DNA of 64,000 nucleotides, taken from Eukaryota sp. TZLM1-RC. Taxonomy: Eukaryota; Protista; Metamonada: BaSk clade. The notes under the pieces are model-generated. The model did no database searches. It was not told the origin of the DNA and was given only the letters and a program-made list of their open reading frames with translations. Shown here one piece after another: positions 11,936-23,989 of this stretch. The position numbers and the translations under genes were made by a program. Positions within the stretch are counted from its first letter, which is position 1. Each line of letters starts with the position of its first letter. Location of the stretch: NCBI GenBank assembly GCA_040285825.1, contig JAUPSS010000010.1, forward strand, positions 62,001 through 126,000, given 5' to 3'.

Positions 11936-14457
11936 TTTTTTTTCAATAAATTGAAATTTATTTTCAACGCTAACAAAACATTAAACAAAAAACTAGAACT
12001 CAATATCCTCAATACACGCATCAACATCATCAAATCTTTTCAGCACGCGATTTTCATACTCTATTCCTAATTGTAACAGTGCTTTGGTCAACATTTCTGG
12101 AATTGCTTTAAGAATACTAAAAACAATTCTATTATGCCAGAAATTGAAGTTCAATTCTTTTCCTGCTCATTCTTTTATTAAACTTCTGAAAAATATGACT
12201 ACGTAAAAAAGAAGAATCAATATCGAGCAAATTAGCCAAAAATTTTGTTCTTAATTCATTAAAAATTCTGCAAAATTCGAGAGAAATAGATGGTGATGTT
12301 GATCGTAAAATATGAGTAAATTTCCCTGAATAACAAATTCTGAGGAAGAAAAATTTAAGATGTTTTTCAATATTTAAATCTGAAAGAACCATCAATTCTT
12401 CTTCAAAATTATCCAAAAGAGAGGAAAGTTGATTTCGAATTTCATCAAAATTGCCTAAATAACAACCTAAAAAACGAAATCCTGATTCAAAATAATTGAT
12501 AAAAGGAACACTTTGATCATCAATAATGAGATCAGCAGGCTCTCTACCAATCAATAAACATTTGGAAATATTTAGAGAAAGACCAATTTGATAATAGCGC
12601 TGTTGAACAATTTCAGCAATTGTTCTCAATGAATCAATTGGACCAATTACTGATATGTCATCCATATAAGCAGTTATATGAACATCTGGAAATTCTTGTT
12701 TTAATTCACACATCAAAGGATGGATAGCAAGGCAGAAAAAGAAAGGACCTAATGGATCACCTTGTTTGACACCAGATGATGATATTAGATTGAATTCCTC
12801 ATAAACAAGAGTCGACTGTGAGCCATAAAAATTGTAAAAGAACGACTCAGCTTCTGGAAAATGAGTTTGAAGCAAGGGCAAGATGGACGACCTCTTCACT
12901 GCATTGAAAGCGTTTTTAAAATCTAAATTAAAAATATAATTCGAAGTATTTGAATTAAAAAAGACATCAGAAGAGAGTGCTGCAGCAGATGCACCATCAA
13001 CTGTTTTAATTCCAAATTGGAAATGACTAAAAAAATCTTTAGCTTTTTTACCAATCCTGCCAAACACAGCTGAAGCAAGAATACGAGACAAAGATTTACC
13101 AATTGCAATAGGCCTTATTTTTGATTCATTCTTTTTTAAAGCAATTAAGCGTGAACTTGTCATTTCAGATGGAAGCTTGATTTTTAATGTTAAAATTTTG
13201 TTGAAAAAGAAAACCAAATCATCAATGCATTCAGGACATTGGTTTATCGTGGATTTTAACATGTCAAAAGTGATCATTGATGGACCAGGCGCTTTTCCAG
13301 ATGGTAAGTGGTTAATCAATTTAATTAGTTCATCATTAGTTACGGGATTTTGCTCCCAATAACTTACATTATTAGGTTTAGGGCACTTAAAATTTTCAAC
13401 AGGATGGAGACTCTTTAGTTGAGCAATAGTATTTTCATTACATTCTGCAAGTTCAGATGAAAACAGGCATTGCTTAGCGGAACCATAGCGTCCCTTTAAA
13501 GCTAATTTTCGAACAATTTTTTCTTTCTTCATTACTGAAGGACGAAATTTTGATTTCGATGACAATAATTTTTTATCTTTAAGCAAAAAAAATTTCCATA
13601 GCGGTGTTACATCCCATATGCCTTTTTTTAAATTGGTAGTAAATTTTCGAAAACTAATCGAAAAGGGGATGCAAGAAAGAGGACTTACCTGTGATGGAAC
13701 ACGTATTGGAGGCCTCAAGGAATCAACAGCTTTACATGATTCGCAAAAACGTAATGGTCGGCCAGAAGAATTAATGCCCAAATTTTTGGTACAAAATATA
13801 CACTTATTATTCGGAGAATCAATGGATGAATTAACAGGTACTATTGCTGGTATTTCTTGATCAGCATTATCATCATTTATGGGTAACGAAGAGAGTGATT
13901 GTTTCAAATCAGCAGATGTAGCACGAGCTTTGAATTGTTCTTGTTTTACTTGGGGACATGTTTTAACGTTATGTCCCGGTTGACGACATTTACCACAACT
14001 CTGAGAATGAACTTTTCCAGTTTTTAATGGTAATGGTTTCATTTTTTCAGTTATTTCTATTTTGTCAATTGGTGAGTTAAAAGTAGAAATAGATTTTTGA
14101 CTTTTTCCAATTTCAGCTGGAGAAAACAAATTTCGAGAAACGGAGTTGTTAATAGAACGTGCAACAGAACGTAAGGAACGTAATTGTGGTTTTTGTGTGT
14201 TTTTTCTGGTACAATGATCAGTTTTTGAATTGAAATTTTTTTGAGATAAATTTCGAGCATAGCTTGTATTGTGGGGAGAGTGGAGAAGTGAAGAAGATGA
14301 GCTTGGTCTGACTGGTAGAATCTTTACTCGGGCGTTCCAATCAGTATCAGAGTCACTATCAGCCAATGGCATCGTTTTGACAGAGAAACAGTACGACTTT
14401 GACGCCGTGACATAAAGTGAAATATGAGAGGGTTGACTAAGGGAGGGAGAAAAAAAA
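11936..14457 (-). mobile_element. Family B element with both termini and a ~1-kb internal deletion of the zinc/RLE region
   Basis: 5' T8-CTCCCTCCC terminus at 14457, poly(A) at 11936, TSD at 11925-11935 and 14458-14468. Confidence 0.92.
12132..14372 (-). CDS. Family B ORF, 746 aa: N-terminal module, CCHC knuckle, C4 motif, complete RT; no endonuclease
   Basis: CGKCRQPGHNVKTC; CIFC..FCESC; KAPGPS, RPIAIG, LDFKNAFN, GVKQGDPLGP, YMDD. Confidence 0.85.
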   Translation of the reverse strand: MPLADSDSDTDWNARVKILPVRPSSSSSLLHSPHNTSYARNLSQKNFNSKTDHCTRKNTQKPQLRSLRSVARSINNSVSRNLFSPAEIGKSQKSISTFNSPIDKIEITEKMKPLPLKTGKVHSQSCGKCRQPGHNVKTCPQVKQEQFKARATSADLKQSLSSLPINDDNADQEIPAIVPVNSSIDSPNNKCIFCTKNLGINSSGRPLRFCESCKAVDSLRPPIRVPSQVSPLSCIPFSISFRKFTTNLKKGIWDVTPLWKFFLLKDKKLLSSKSKFRPSVMKKEKIVRKLALKGRYGSAKQCLFSSELAECNENTIAQLKSLHPVENFKCPKPNNVSYWEQNPVTNDELIKLINHLPSGKAPGPSMITFDMLKSTINQCPECIDDLVFFFNKILTLKIKLPSEMTSSRLIALKKNESKIRPIAIGKSLSRILASAVFGRIGKKAKDFFSHFQFGIKTVDGASAAALSSDVFFNSNTSNYIFNLDFKNAFNAVKRSSILPLLQTHFPEAESFFYNFYGSQSTLVYEEFNLISSSGVKQGDPLGPFFFCLAIHPLMCELKQEFPDVHITAYMDDISVIGPIDSLRTIAEIVQQRYYQIGLSLNISKCLLIGREPADLIIDDQSVPFINYFESGFRFLGCYLGNFDEIRNQLSSLLDNFEEELMVLSDLNIEKHLKFFFLRICYSGKFTHILRSTSPSISLEFCRIFNELRTKFLANLLDIDSSFLRSHIFQKFNKRMSRKRIELQFLA

Positions 14458-14644
14458 TGTGGCTAAATCGTATTGTTTTTACTATTTTCAAATCAATTCC
14501 TAAAATGATTTCGAAAGCTTTGATGTCTGTCAGTGCACATTACGAAGAAATTGCTGTTGTGAGCTTTGATTGTGTGGAAGCTTGTTTTGAAGATATTGAC
14601 TTTTAGACTGTAGTTTAACAATAAATTAAAAAAAAACAAAACAA

Positions 14645-15967
14645 CCGAAAAGACACTTGATAGCCTTGAAAACTATTTAAATTCAATTAAAAAAGAGCTA
14701 GAAGTCATAAAGACCCTTGAATTGGAAAAACATCTTAAGTTTTTTCTTTTGAAAATTTGTTATGCTGGAAAAATTACTCATTTACTGAGATCATTACCTC
14801 CATCCCTAACTTACAATTTTTGTAGACAATTTAACAAAATACGTACTGAATTTTTGGCTTATTTAATGTCTGTTGATCCATCAATTTTGAAAAATCATAT
14901 TTTTTCTGATGTTCAACTTGGCGGTGTTGGATTCAATTCATCAAAAATATTTGACCAAAGCTGCATTTATTGGTGGTGGAAAAATTTTGTATTTGAATTC
15001 TCTAGAAGATATCCTTTTGCCGAAAATCTTCTTGAAAATACAAATAGCATATTCCTGGATAACTTAAGACAAGAAATATCCAGTTTATCTCCCGACTTAT
15101 GGCAATCATGTTTCCCCATATCCATTCAAGAAATTCCAGACAGAAGTTTATATTCATTAAAATTTGCGTTGAAAAAGCTCCAACGACATCTTTTGAAAAA
15201 TTTTGAAAACAAGGATTTTATTGTTCGACTTAGCACGGCTAAGAAAGAAAATCCTGCTTTTGCCAATTTTTTGATTGATTTGAAGGACAGTTCATCTGCA
15301 GTTTTGATAAATCAAATTCCCCAGATTTATGGCCTACTTTTGAATGACGACCAATGGACCACTGCTATGAGAATGCGTTGTTATTTATGGCCTTGTAATT
15401 TGCCCAATGATTTGTTTTGAAAATGTGGAGCTGGTTTGACATTATCACATTTATTTAATTGTAATAGATTTACTTCCTATCGTTCTACGTTGCATGATGC
15501 AGTCAGAGATCAAATCCATGCAATGTGTAATTCCTATCATATTGAATCTTTTGTAGAACCTTTGCTGAGGTCTCTTGATATAAATGAAAGCGTAAGAGAT
15601 TCAGAATATGGAAAACGACGTGCTGATGTTGTTGTGCCCTCGTTTGATGATGTCATGAATGTTGTTGATGTTGTAACAGTGGATGTTTGCAAGAAAAATG
15701 CCTTGAGAAATGCACAATCCGAAGTATCTCCCCTTGATGACTCCGAATTGTACAAACGAAAAAAATATGCAAATCCTTTAAAAGAATTGAAACATGTTCG
15801 CCATGTAGATTACCAAATTTGCCCATTTGCTATATCGTTATATGGTCGTCTTGGAAATACTGCAATGAATTTTATTGATGATTTTGAAAATCTTGTAAAA
15901 AGAAGAATGAATAAGCGTTTTGATCGTTGCTTGTGGCTAAATCGTATTGTTTTTACTATTTTCAAAT
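14645..15967 (+). mobile_element. Family A fragment (thumb to RLE)
   Basis: ORFs 14722..15420 and 15436..15999. Confidence 0.9.
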
Positions 15968-16626
15968 ACATATCGCTCAGTTGTTCAGGATGCTGTTAGA
16001 GACCAACTATACGCTATGTGCAAAAGTCTTCACATTGAAGCTTTTGTTGAACCACTTGTGCGAAGGTTGTCATCTGAAAATGAAGATGAAAATACTTTTG
16101 GGAAACGCCGTGCTGATTTAATTACCCCTGGGTCTGATGGTGTGATCAAAGTTGTTGATGTTGTCACTGTTGATGTTTGTAAAGATTCAGCAATTGATTT
16201 TGCTAAAAAAGATGAAAACTCCACTTTGCTTTGCTGAAAAGAGCAAAATCAAAAAGTACAATGAACCCTTATCTCAGCTAGGATGTGTTGAGCATGTCAA
16301 GTATCAGCTGGTTCCATTTGCTGTTTCCCTTTTTGGTAACATTGGAATATCTGGCATTAAATTTCTCGAAGGTTTCAGAAGTTTAATAAAAGAAAGAGCA
16401 GGAAAAGAATTGAACTTCAATTTCTGGCACAATAGAATTGTTTTTAGTATTCTTAAAGCAATTCCAGAAATGTTGACCAAAGCACTGTTACAATTAGGAA
16501 TAGAATATGAAAATCGCGCGCTTAAAAGATTTGATGATGTTGATGCGTGTATTGAGGATATTGAGTTCTAGTCTTTTTGTTAAATGTTTGATTAGCGTTG
16601 AAAATAAATTTCAAAAAACTAAAAAA
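15968..16626 (+). mobile_element. Family B 3' part (RLE + tail)
   Basis: RRADL..VDV..KKY; ends ACIEDIEF*, AATAAA, A-tail. Confidence 0.9.
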
Positions 16627-18010
16627 ATTGTTATTCTGGAAAATTTACTCATATTTTGAGATCAACATCACCATCAATTTCTTTGGAATTTTGTCGAATT
16701 TTTAATGAACAAAGAACCAATTTTTTAGCAAAATTATTGGAAATTGATGCATTTCAGTTACGAAGCCACATACTTTGTGGTACAAATTTTGGCGGTGTTG
16801 ATTTTCATAAATCAAGCTACCTTTGTAAAGCTGCCTTTATTGGAGGTGGCAAAAATTATATTTATGAATTTGTGAATCGTTTCCCTGAAGATATTCATTT
16901 GCTTAGTCCATCATTTTCAAAATATTTGTATGACCTTGATGTTGCTATTAATAAAATTGCACCAGAAATTTGGTGTCAATGCTTTCCCGACTCAGTTCAA
17001 GAGATTCCTCCACGAAATTTAGTTAATTTAAGGTATTGTGTGAAGAAGCGTCAACAAAAACTGACAGTAATGATTGAAGGCTTGGATTATGAAGTACGTC
17101 TTGGCATGGCCAAGAAAAAAATCCCGCTTTTGCAAATTTTTTAATGGATGTTTATGATAGTTCTGCCTCTTGTTTGATTAATCAAGTACCAAGAGTTTAT
17201 GGTTTGTTTCTCAATGACCCTTGCTTTTTGTTATCTATGCGTCTTCGATCTTTTTATTTGGCCTGATAATCTTCCTCATGGTTTAATTTGTAAATGTGGA
17301 AAGACTGTCACTCCAACCCATTTATTTAATTGTAATCGTTTTATTACTTTTTAGATCAAAAAGTGCATGATGCAAGTCGTGATCAGCTTTATTGTATGTT
17401 CAAGTCCTACAAGATTGAATTTTTTTCACAACCTTTGCTTTCAAATTTTGGCTGATGAATCTGACAGAAATTTTTTTGGTGACAGCCGTGGTCATGTGCT
17501 AGTTCCCGGATTTGATGAATCAATGATCATTATTGATGTCAGATCTACTGATGTATCAAACAGCTCAAATGAAAAACTGGCACAATCTTATAATTCAACT
17601 TTACGTAGAGCTGAAGAAGAAGAAAAAAGCTGAAGAAGCGAAAATTATCAAGTATGCTGAAAAAATCAATAATTTGAATTCCAACTCACATACTCAATAC
17701 CTTCTTTGCCCTTTTGCTTTTTCCCTATTTGGAACCTTGGGTAAAACTGCGTTATCTTTTATAGACGATTTTTCATCTATTGTCAAAAACAGAATTGGAA
17801 AAATATTTGACCGAACCTTTTGGCAAAATAGAATTGTATTTTCTATTTTGAAAAGGAATGTATAGCCTTGTTTCTAGCTCGTTGTTATCACTAGAAAAAT
17901 TTTTTGAAGAAAATGCTGTAGGTAAGTTTTCAATAGTAGATGTGCAGTTTGAGGAGATTGATTGTTTAGTTTTTTACAATTTTGTTTGAATAAAATAGGT
18001 ATCAAAAAAA
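16627..18010 (+). mobile_element. Family F degenerate 3' half
   Basis: Broken ORFs 16656..17144, 17367..17633, 17533..17865 homologous to the C/D C-terminal halves; AATAAA and A-tail near 17990-18010. Confidence 0.85.
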
Positions 18011-18049
18011 TAATTGAAGCTCAGTACCAAGTTGAAGCTTGTTAAAAAA

Positions 18050-18873
18050 ATGTACAGAATTAACAGCATTTTTAAAATCTAAATTGAAAATATAATTCTG
18101 ATCATTAGAATTAAAAAATCAATCAGAAGTCAAGGCAGCAACTGATGCACCATTAATTGTTTTAATTCCAAATTGAAAAGGTGCTAAAAATTTTGCAATT
18201 TTCGTAGCAACAGGATTAAAAACAATTGGAGCAAAAAGACGAGTAATTGATTCGCCAATGGCAATTGGACGAATTCCATCTGGCTTCTTACCATTTCCAA
18301 ATTTTACCAAGACAATCAATCGAGCGGCTAGTAATTCAGTCGGAGGAATGGTATTGAGACAAACCAGATTTTGAAATTATTCTGCAAGATCATCACAAAT
18401 TTCTGAAGAACCATTTGCACAATTAGGTAGAGTCGAACATGTGAAATATCTGTTTGTGCCGTTTGCAATTTCTCTATTTGGCAATATTGGACCTTCAGGG
18501 TTACACTTTTTTGAAAACTTCCAAAAAGTTTTACTGAATAGATCTCGTAAATAAATGAATTACACTTTCTGGTTAAGTAGAATTGTTTTTTGCATCTTCA
18601 AGTCTATTCCAACAATGATTTCTAAAGCCCTTTTAGCATTTGGTGTAGAATATGAACGAAATGCTGTGATTAGGTTTAGTAATAGTGATGCGTTTGGAGG
18701 ATATTGAATACTAGATAGAACTTTAGTTCAATAAAAATACAGTACATAAAAAAAATTTGCGGAGTTTTCCAACAAGCGGATTTCAAAACATCAAACGAAA
18801 TACCAGATGGACCTGCTGCTTGTTGATAGCAGTCTGTACTTCAGTTGAATTAATCGGAGCATCAGTCCAAAAC
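18050..18873 (-). mobile_element. Degenerate RT N-terminal half (family unassigned, possibly E/F), split by an E-like 3' tail at ~18405-18753 (+)
   Basis: KPDGIRPIAIGES..FQFGIKT..LDFKNA; AAGPSGISFD near 18790-18820; E-like tail resembles 30924-31240. Confidence 0.75.
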
Positions 18874-19692
18874 TTACAAATTTTTGGCTTCTAATTCAAT
18901 TTGAAGTTGATTTAAATAAAAATTTGATTCACCATGGATCAGATGAACATCATAAGGAAACCTTTGGTAAAATTCAAAAATAAAATTGTTTCTACCTATT
19001 GAAAATGCTGCTTTACATATAATCGAAGATTTAGTGAAACCAAATCTACTCAATTCAGCAGAACAAAATACATGACTTCGAATTAAAGATTCATTTACTT
19101 CCAATGAAGAAAAAAAATTGACCCGAAGTTTGTTGAACGATCTACAGAAATCAAGAGATACTGAAGCGGGAATTTTCCAGAATAACAAATTTTTAAAATA
19201 AAAAATTTGATGTTGCTAATTAATTGCTAATTGCTAATTAATTGTTTTTGATGTAGGGGATGCGAGTTTTGAGGATGTGGAGTTTTAGTTGTGTATTTTA
19301 TGTTTTCATATTCCTTATTAAATGAATAAATAAAAATCATCATTAATTGCTAAAGATTCAGAAAATTTCTCAAAAGAAGAGAGTGAATCAGAAATCAGTT
19401 ACCATTCCCTTAAAAATAGAAAATACAATCCTGTTTTGGCAGTAAACACGATTGAAAATTCTTCCTGTTCTTTACTTTACAACTACAACAAAATCCTCCA
19501 GGAAAGCCATAGCAGCCTTACCTAGAGATCCAAGCAAAGAAAAAACAAAGGGACATAAATTATATTAGGCATGAGAATTTTCATTAACTGAGGAAATGGG
19601 CATATTTAGCAATTTTATATTTTTCGCCAGCAAGAAGAGGATTATTTACATCTGAGTTAATGAAATTTTCGTTAGAAGTATTACAAGGGTCA
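18874..19692. mobile_element. Degenerate family D-like pieces: thumb (-), inverted tail (+, ~19238-19340), RLE body (-)
   Basis: Similarity to D copies; tail encodes FEDVEF*. Confidence 0.8.
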
Positions 19693-20069
19693 TTTTATGT
19701 ACTGTATTTTTATTGAAATAAAATTCTGAAAAGAGCAAAATCAAAAAGTACAATGAACCCTTATCTCAGCTAGGACGTGTTGAGCATGTCAAGTATCAGT
19801 TGGTTCCATTTGCTGTTTCTCTTTTCGGTAACATTGGAATATCTGGCATTAAATTTCTTGAAGGTTTCAGAAGTTTAATAAAAGAAAGAGCAGGAAAAGA
19901 ATTGAACTTCAATTTCTGGCACAATAGAATTGTTTTTAGTATTCTTAAAGCAATTCCAGAAATGTTGACCAAAGCACTGTTACAATTAGGAATAGAGTAT
20001 GAAAATCGCGCGCTGAAAAGATTTGATGATGTTGATGCGTGTATTGAGGATATTGAGTTCTAGTTTTTT

Positions 20070-21300
20070 TTATTTTTATTTTTTTTATTATTATTTTAAA
20101 GAACCAATTTTTATCAAATGAGCTAAATACTACGACAATTCAAACATTCCTTATCCAACTACCCCACTACTAGTGGTCAATACTCCAAAAAGACACTGAA
20201 CAACCAGCACAAAGCAAAACAGTACATGATTGACATTACTAAGCGGCCGCCTAAGATGCTCCAAGAGCGTTTTAAAGGCGACAGCAAGCTTTTCATCACA
20301 CATACGAATGTTTGAACCAGCAACAACATCCAATAAGAAGAGTGAGGATTCTATCTCAAAAACAACTGACGAAACCTTCAGTAAAGGAGTCACAAACTCT
20401 CTATTTCCATTACTAAGCGGACGTCTGAGAAGCTCCAAGAGCGGTTTAAAGGCGACAGCAAGCTTTTCATGAGAAGAGAAATGGGAACATCTGCTGATGG
20501 TCAAGTCAAATTGAACAAGAAACAAAATGCTTGTAAGACAGAGCTTCTATGGGTCTGACAAGAGGTGATCTAGTTGTTCCTGGTTTAAATGGTAGTTTTA
20601 CTATTTTGGACGCCATATCTATTGACCCTTGTAATTCCTCTAACGAACATCTCATTTACTCGGATGTAAATAATCCTCTTCTTGCAGGCGAAAAATATAA
20701 AATTGCTAAATATGCGAAACCCATTTCCTCGGTTAATGAAAATTCTCATGCCCAATATAATTTATGTCCCTTTGTTTTTTCTTTGCTTGGATCTCTAGAT
20801 AAGGCTGCTATGGCTTTCCTTGAGAATTTTGTTGTAGTTGTATAGGAAAGAACTGGAAGAATTTTCAATCGTGTTTACTGGCAAAACAGGATTGTATTTT
20901 CTATTTTTAAGGGAATGGTAAAACTAATTTCTGATTCACTATCTTCTTTTGGGAAATTTTCTGAATCTTTAGCAATTAATTGTTTTGATGTAGGGGAGGC
21001 AGGTTTTGAGGATGTGGAGTTTTAATTGTGTATTTCATATTTGTTGTTGAATAAAAATATAACCATACGCTAAATGCTTGTAAGAAGAGAACTAATTTGT
21101 CTCCAAATGGATGTTTCAAAGGATGATGTTATCAGTGGAAAAACATTCAGTAGAGTCAACAACAAAAGGAGACAACGTAGAGCAGTATGGTATAATGGGT
21201 AAGAAAGCAATAGGAGGGCCTGGACCGTGAAAAGGGAGGTTTTCAACAATCATGATGGAGAGGAAGGAAGTTCGATACTGGGGGGAAGAAAAAAAAATAT
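20070..21300 (-). mobile_element. Non-autonomous ORF-bearing passenger retroelement, divergent copy, split by a D insertion
   Basis: T-run/C-rich 5' end near 21297, A-rich tail at 20070, TSD, two 63-nt internal repeats; ORF 20151..20525 colinear with 50530..51087; 2-nt deletion near 21165. Confidence 0.88.
20539..21071 (+). mobile_element. Family D 3' fragment inserted in the passenger element
   Basis: 14-bp TSD aaatgcttgtaaga at 20525-20538 and 21072-21085; ends AGFEDVEF*. Confidence 0.92.
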
Positions 21301-21362
21301 TTCTAGTTTTTTGTTTAATGTTTTGTTAGCGTTGAAAATAAATTTCAATTTATAAAAAAAAA

Positions 21363-23986
21363 TTTTCAAATCAATTCCTAAAATGATTTCGAAAGCTTTG
21401 ATGTCTGTCAGTGCACATTACGAAGAAATTGCTGTTGTGAGGTTTGATGGTGTGGAAGCTTGTTTTGAAGATATTGACTTTTAGACTGTAGTTTAATAAT
21501 AAATTAAAATTAAGAAAAAAAAACATCTTGAAAAAAGGAACATAAATCTTTAATAATAAAGGAATTTTGGCGGCACACGGATTTCAACATATCAAAAGTT
21601 ATTCCAGATGGACCTGGAGCTTTTCCAGATGGAAGACGAAAAATGGCCGTTTCAACTTCTTTTTCAGAAAGTGGATTTTGTTTCCAAAATTGTGAAGCAG
21701 GTGGTTTATCCAAATTAAGAAATTCAGCTGGATGTAGATCAACTAATTGATTTACAGTTTCATCAGTCACAGGAGCAAGTGGGTGTCTTGCAATTCACCC
21801 AATCTTGAAAAAATTAAAAGAAGAAAATTCTGACCTTCAAGTGGTAGCCTACATGGATGACATTTCTTGTATTGGTCCTGAAAGTACAATTAATAGGGTT
21901 GCTAATGAAGCTGCTACATTATACCAATCCATAGGTCTTGAGTTGAATGTTCAAAAATGTTTTGTATTTCTAGGAAAAATGTTAAGTTAATAATTAATTC
22001 CCTCGAAGTTCCATATATTGATTATACTTCAACTAGTTTCTGCTTTCTTGGTTGCTATTTAGGTTCCGCCGAAAAGACACTTGATAGCCTTGAAAACTAT
22101 TTAAATTCAATTAAAAAAGAGCTAGAAGTCATAAAGACCCTTGAATTGGAAAAACATCTTAAGTTTTTTCTTTTGAAAATTTGTTATGCTGGAAAAATTA
22201 CTCATTTACTGAAATAGTCATTAATGTTGTGTTAGTGACTATTTAGTGTCCTTGCAGAGTGAAATTGAATGCATCTCTCCTCACATATGGTCCAAATGCT
22301 TTCCTGCTGATATTCAAGAAATTCCACCCAGGAGTTTGATTTCCTTGAAATTTGCATATGCTAAATTGCAGAAAAAGATATTAAAAGTTTTTGAAAACTT
22401 GGATTTCACTGTTCGTCTTAGCTTGGCTAAAGAAAAGAATCCCGTTTTTGCAAACTTTTTAATTGACCTTAAGGAAAGTAGCTCAAGTTGTCTTATTTCC
22501 CAGATTCCAAATGTATATGGTCTATTATTAAATGATCATCAATGGAAAACTGCCTTCAGGATGAGGTGTTTTCTGTGGCCATGTAGTGTGCCAAATGATT
22601 TGATTTGTCGTTGTGGTCAGTTCATTAATCTGAATCATTTATTTAATTGCAAATTTAATATTACATATCGCTCAGTTGTTCACGATGCTGTTAGAGACCA
22701 ACTATACGCTATGTGCAAAAGTCATCACATTGAAGCTTTTGTTGAACCACTTGTGCGAAGGTTGTCATCTGAAAATGAAGATGAAAATACTTTTGGGAAA
22801 CGCCGTGCTGATTTAATTACCCCTGCGTCTGATGGTGTTATTAAAGTTGTTGATGTTGTTACTGTTGATGTTTGTAAAGACTCAGCAATTGATTTTGCTA
22901 AAAGAGATGAAACTCCACTTTGCTTTTCTGAAAAGAGCAAAATCAAAAAGTACAATGAACCCTTATCTCAGCTAGGACGTGTTGAGCATGTCAAGTATCA
23001 GTTGGTTCCATTTGCTGTTTCTCTTTTTGGTAACATTGGAATATCTGGCATTAAATTTCTTAAAGATTTCAGAAGTTTAATAAAAGAAAGAGCAGGAAAA
23101 GAATTTCCAGATGTTCATATAACTGCCTATATGGATGACATATCAATAATTGGTCCAATTGATTCATTGAGAACAATTGCTGAAATTGTTCAACAGCGCT
23201 ATTATCAAATTGGTCTTTCTCTAAATATTTCCAAATGTTTATTGATTGGTAGAGAGCCTGCTGATCTCATTATTGATGATCAAAGTGTTCCTTTTATCAA
23301 TTATTTTGAATCAGGATTTCGTTTTTTAGGTTGTTATTTAGGCAATTTTGATGAAATTCGAAATCAACTTTCCTCTCTTTTGGATAATTTTGAAGAAGAA
23401 TTGATGGTTCTTTCAGATTTAAATATTGAAAAACATCTTAAATTTTTCTTCCTCAGAATTTGTTATTCAGGGAAATTTACTCATATTTTACGATCAACAT
23501 CACCATCTATTTCTCTCGAATTTTGCAGAATTTTTAATGAATTAAGAACAAAATTTTTGGCCAATTTGCTCGATATTGATTCTTCTTTTTTACGTAGTCA
23601 TATTTTTTGTAGCACAGAATTGGGAGGCCTGGATTTTCACAAATCAAAATATTTGTGTAAAGCCGCATCCATCGGTGGAGGAAAAAATTTCGTTTTTGAA
23701 TTTTTGAAACGTTTTCCTGAAAACCAACAATTCATCAAAATATTTGACCAAAGCTGCATTTATTGGTGGTGGAAAAAATTTTGTATTTGAATTCTCTAGA
23801 AGATATCCTTTTGCCGAAAATCTTCTTGAAACTACAAATAGCCTATTCCTCGATAACTTAAGAGAAGAAATATCCAGTTTATCTCCCGACTTATGGCAAT
23901 CATGTTTCCCCATATCCATTCAAGAAATTCCAGACAGAAGTTTGTATTCATTAAAATTTGCGTTGAAAAAGCTCCAACGACATCTC
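21363..23986. mobile_element. Mosaic: A tail(+), A(-) 21523-21783, A(+) 21783-22212, rearranged B(+) 22232-23727, A(+) 23728-23986
   Basis: ORFs 21510..21770, 21805..22217, 22246..23790, 23744..; mostly an inverted copy of ~7810-9893. Confidence 0.87.
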
Positions 23987-23989
23987 TAT

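Larger units (their letters stand above)
9633..14645 (+). mobile_element. Family A copy (9633-11935 and 14458-14645) split by a B insertion
   Basis: ORFs 9646..11028 and 11141..; resumes WLNRIVF..ACFEDIDF* after TSD tgtggctaaat. Confidence 0.92.
19725..21362 (+). mobile_element. Family B 3' part (19725-20069 and 21301-21362) split by the passenger element
   Basis: ORF 19800..20063; TSD ttctagtttttt at 20058-20069 and 21301-21312. Confidence 0.88.

Noticed and set aside
22246-23790. 514-aa ORF with RLE before RT, suggesting a permuted enzyme (also 8210..9169)
   Set aside because: In-frame microhomology fusion (aagaatt) of two B fragments; lacks the N-terminal half of RT and a real start.
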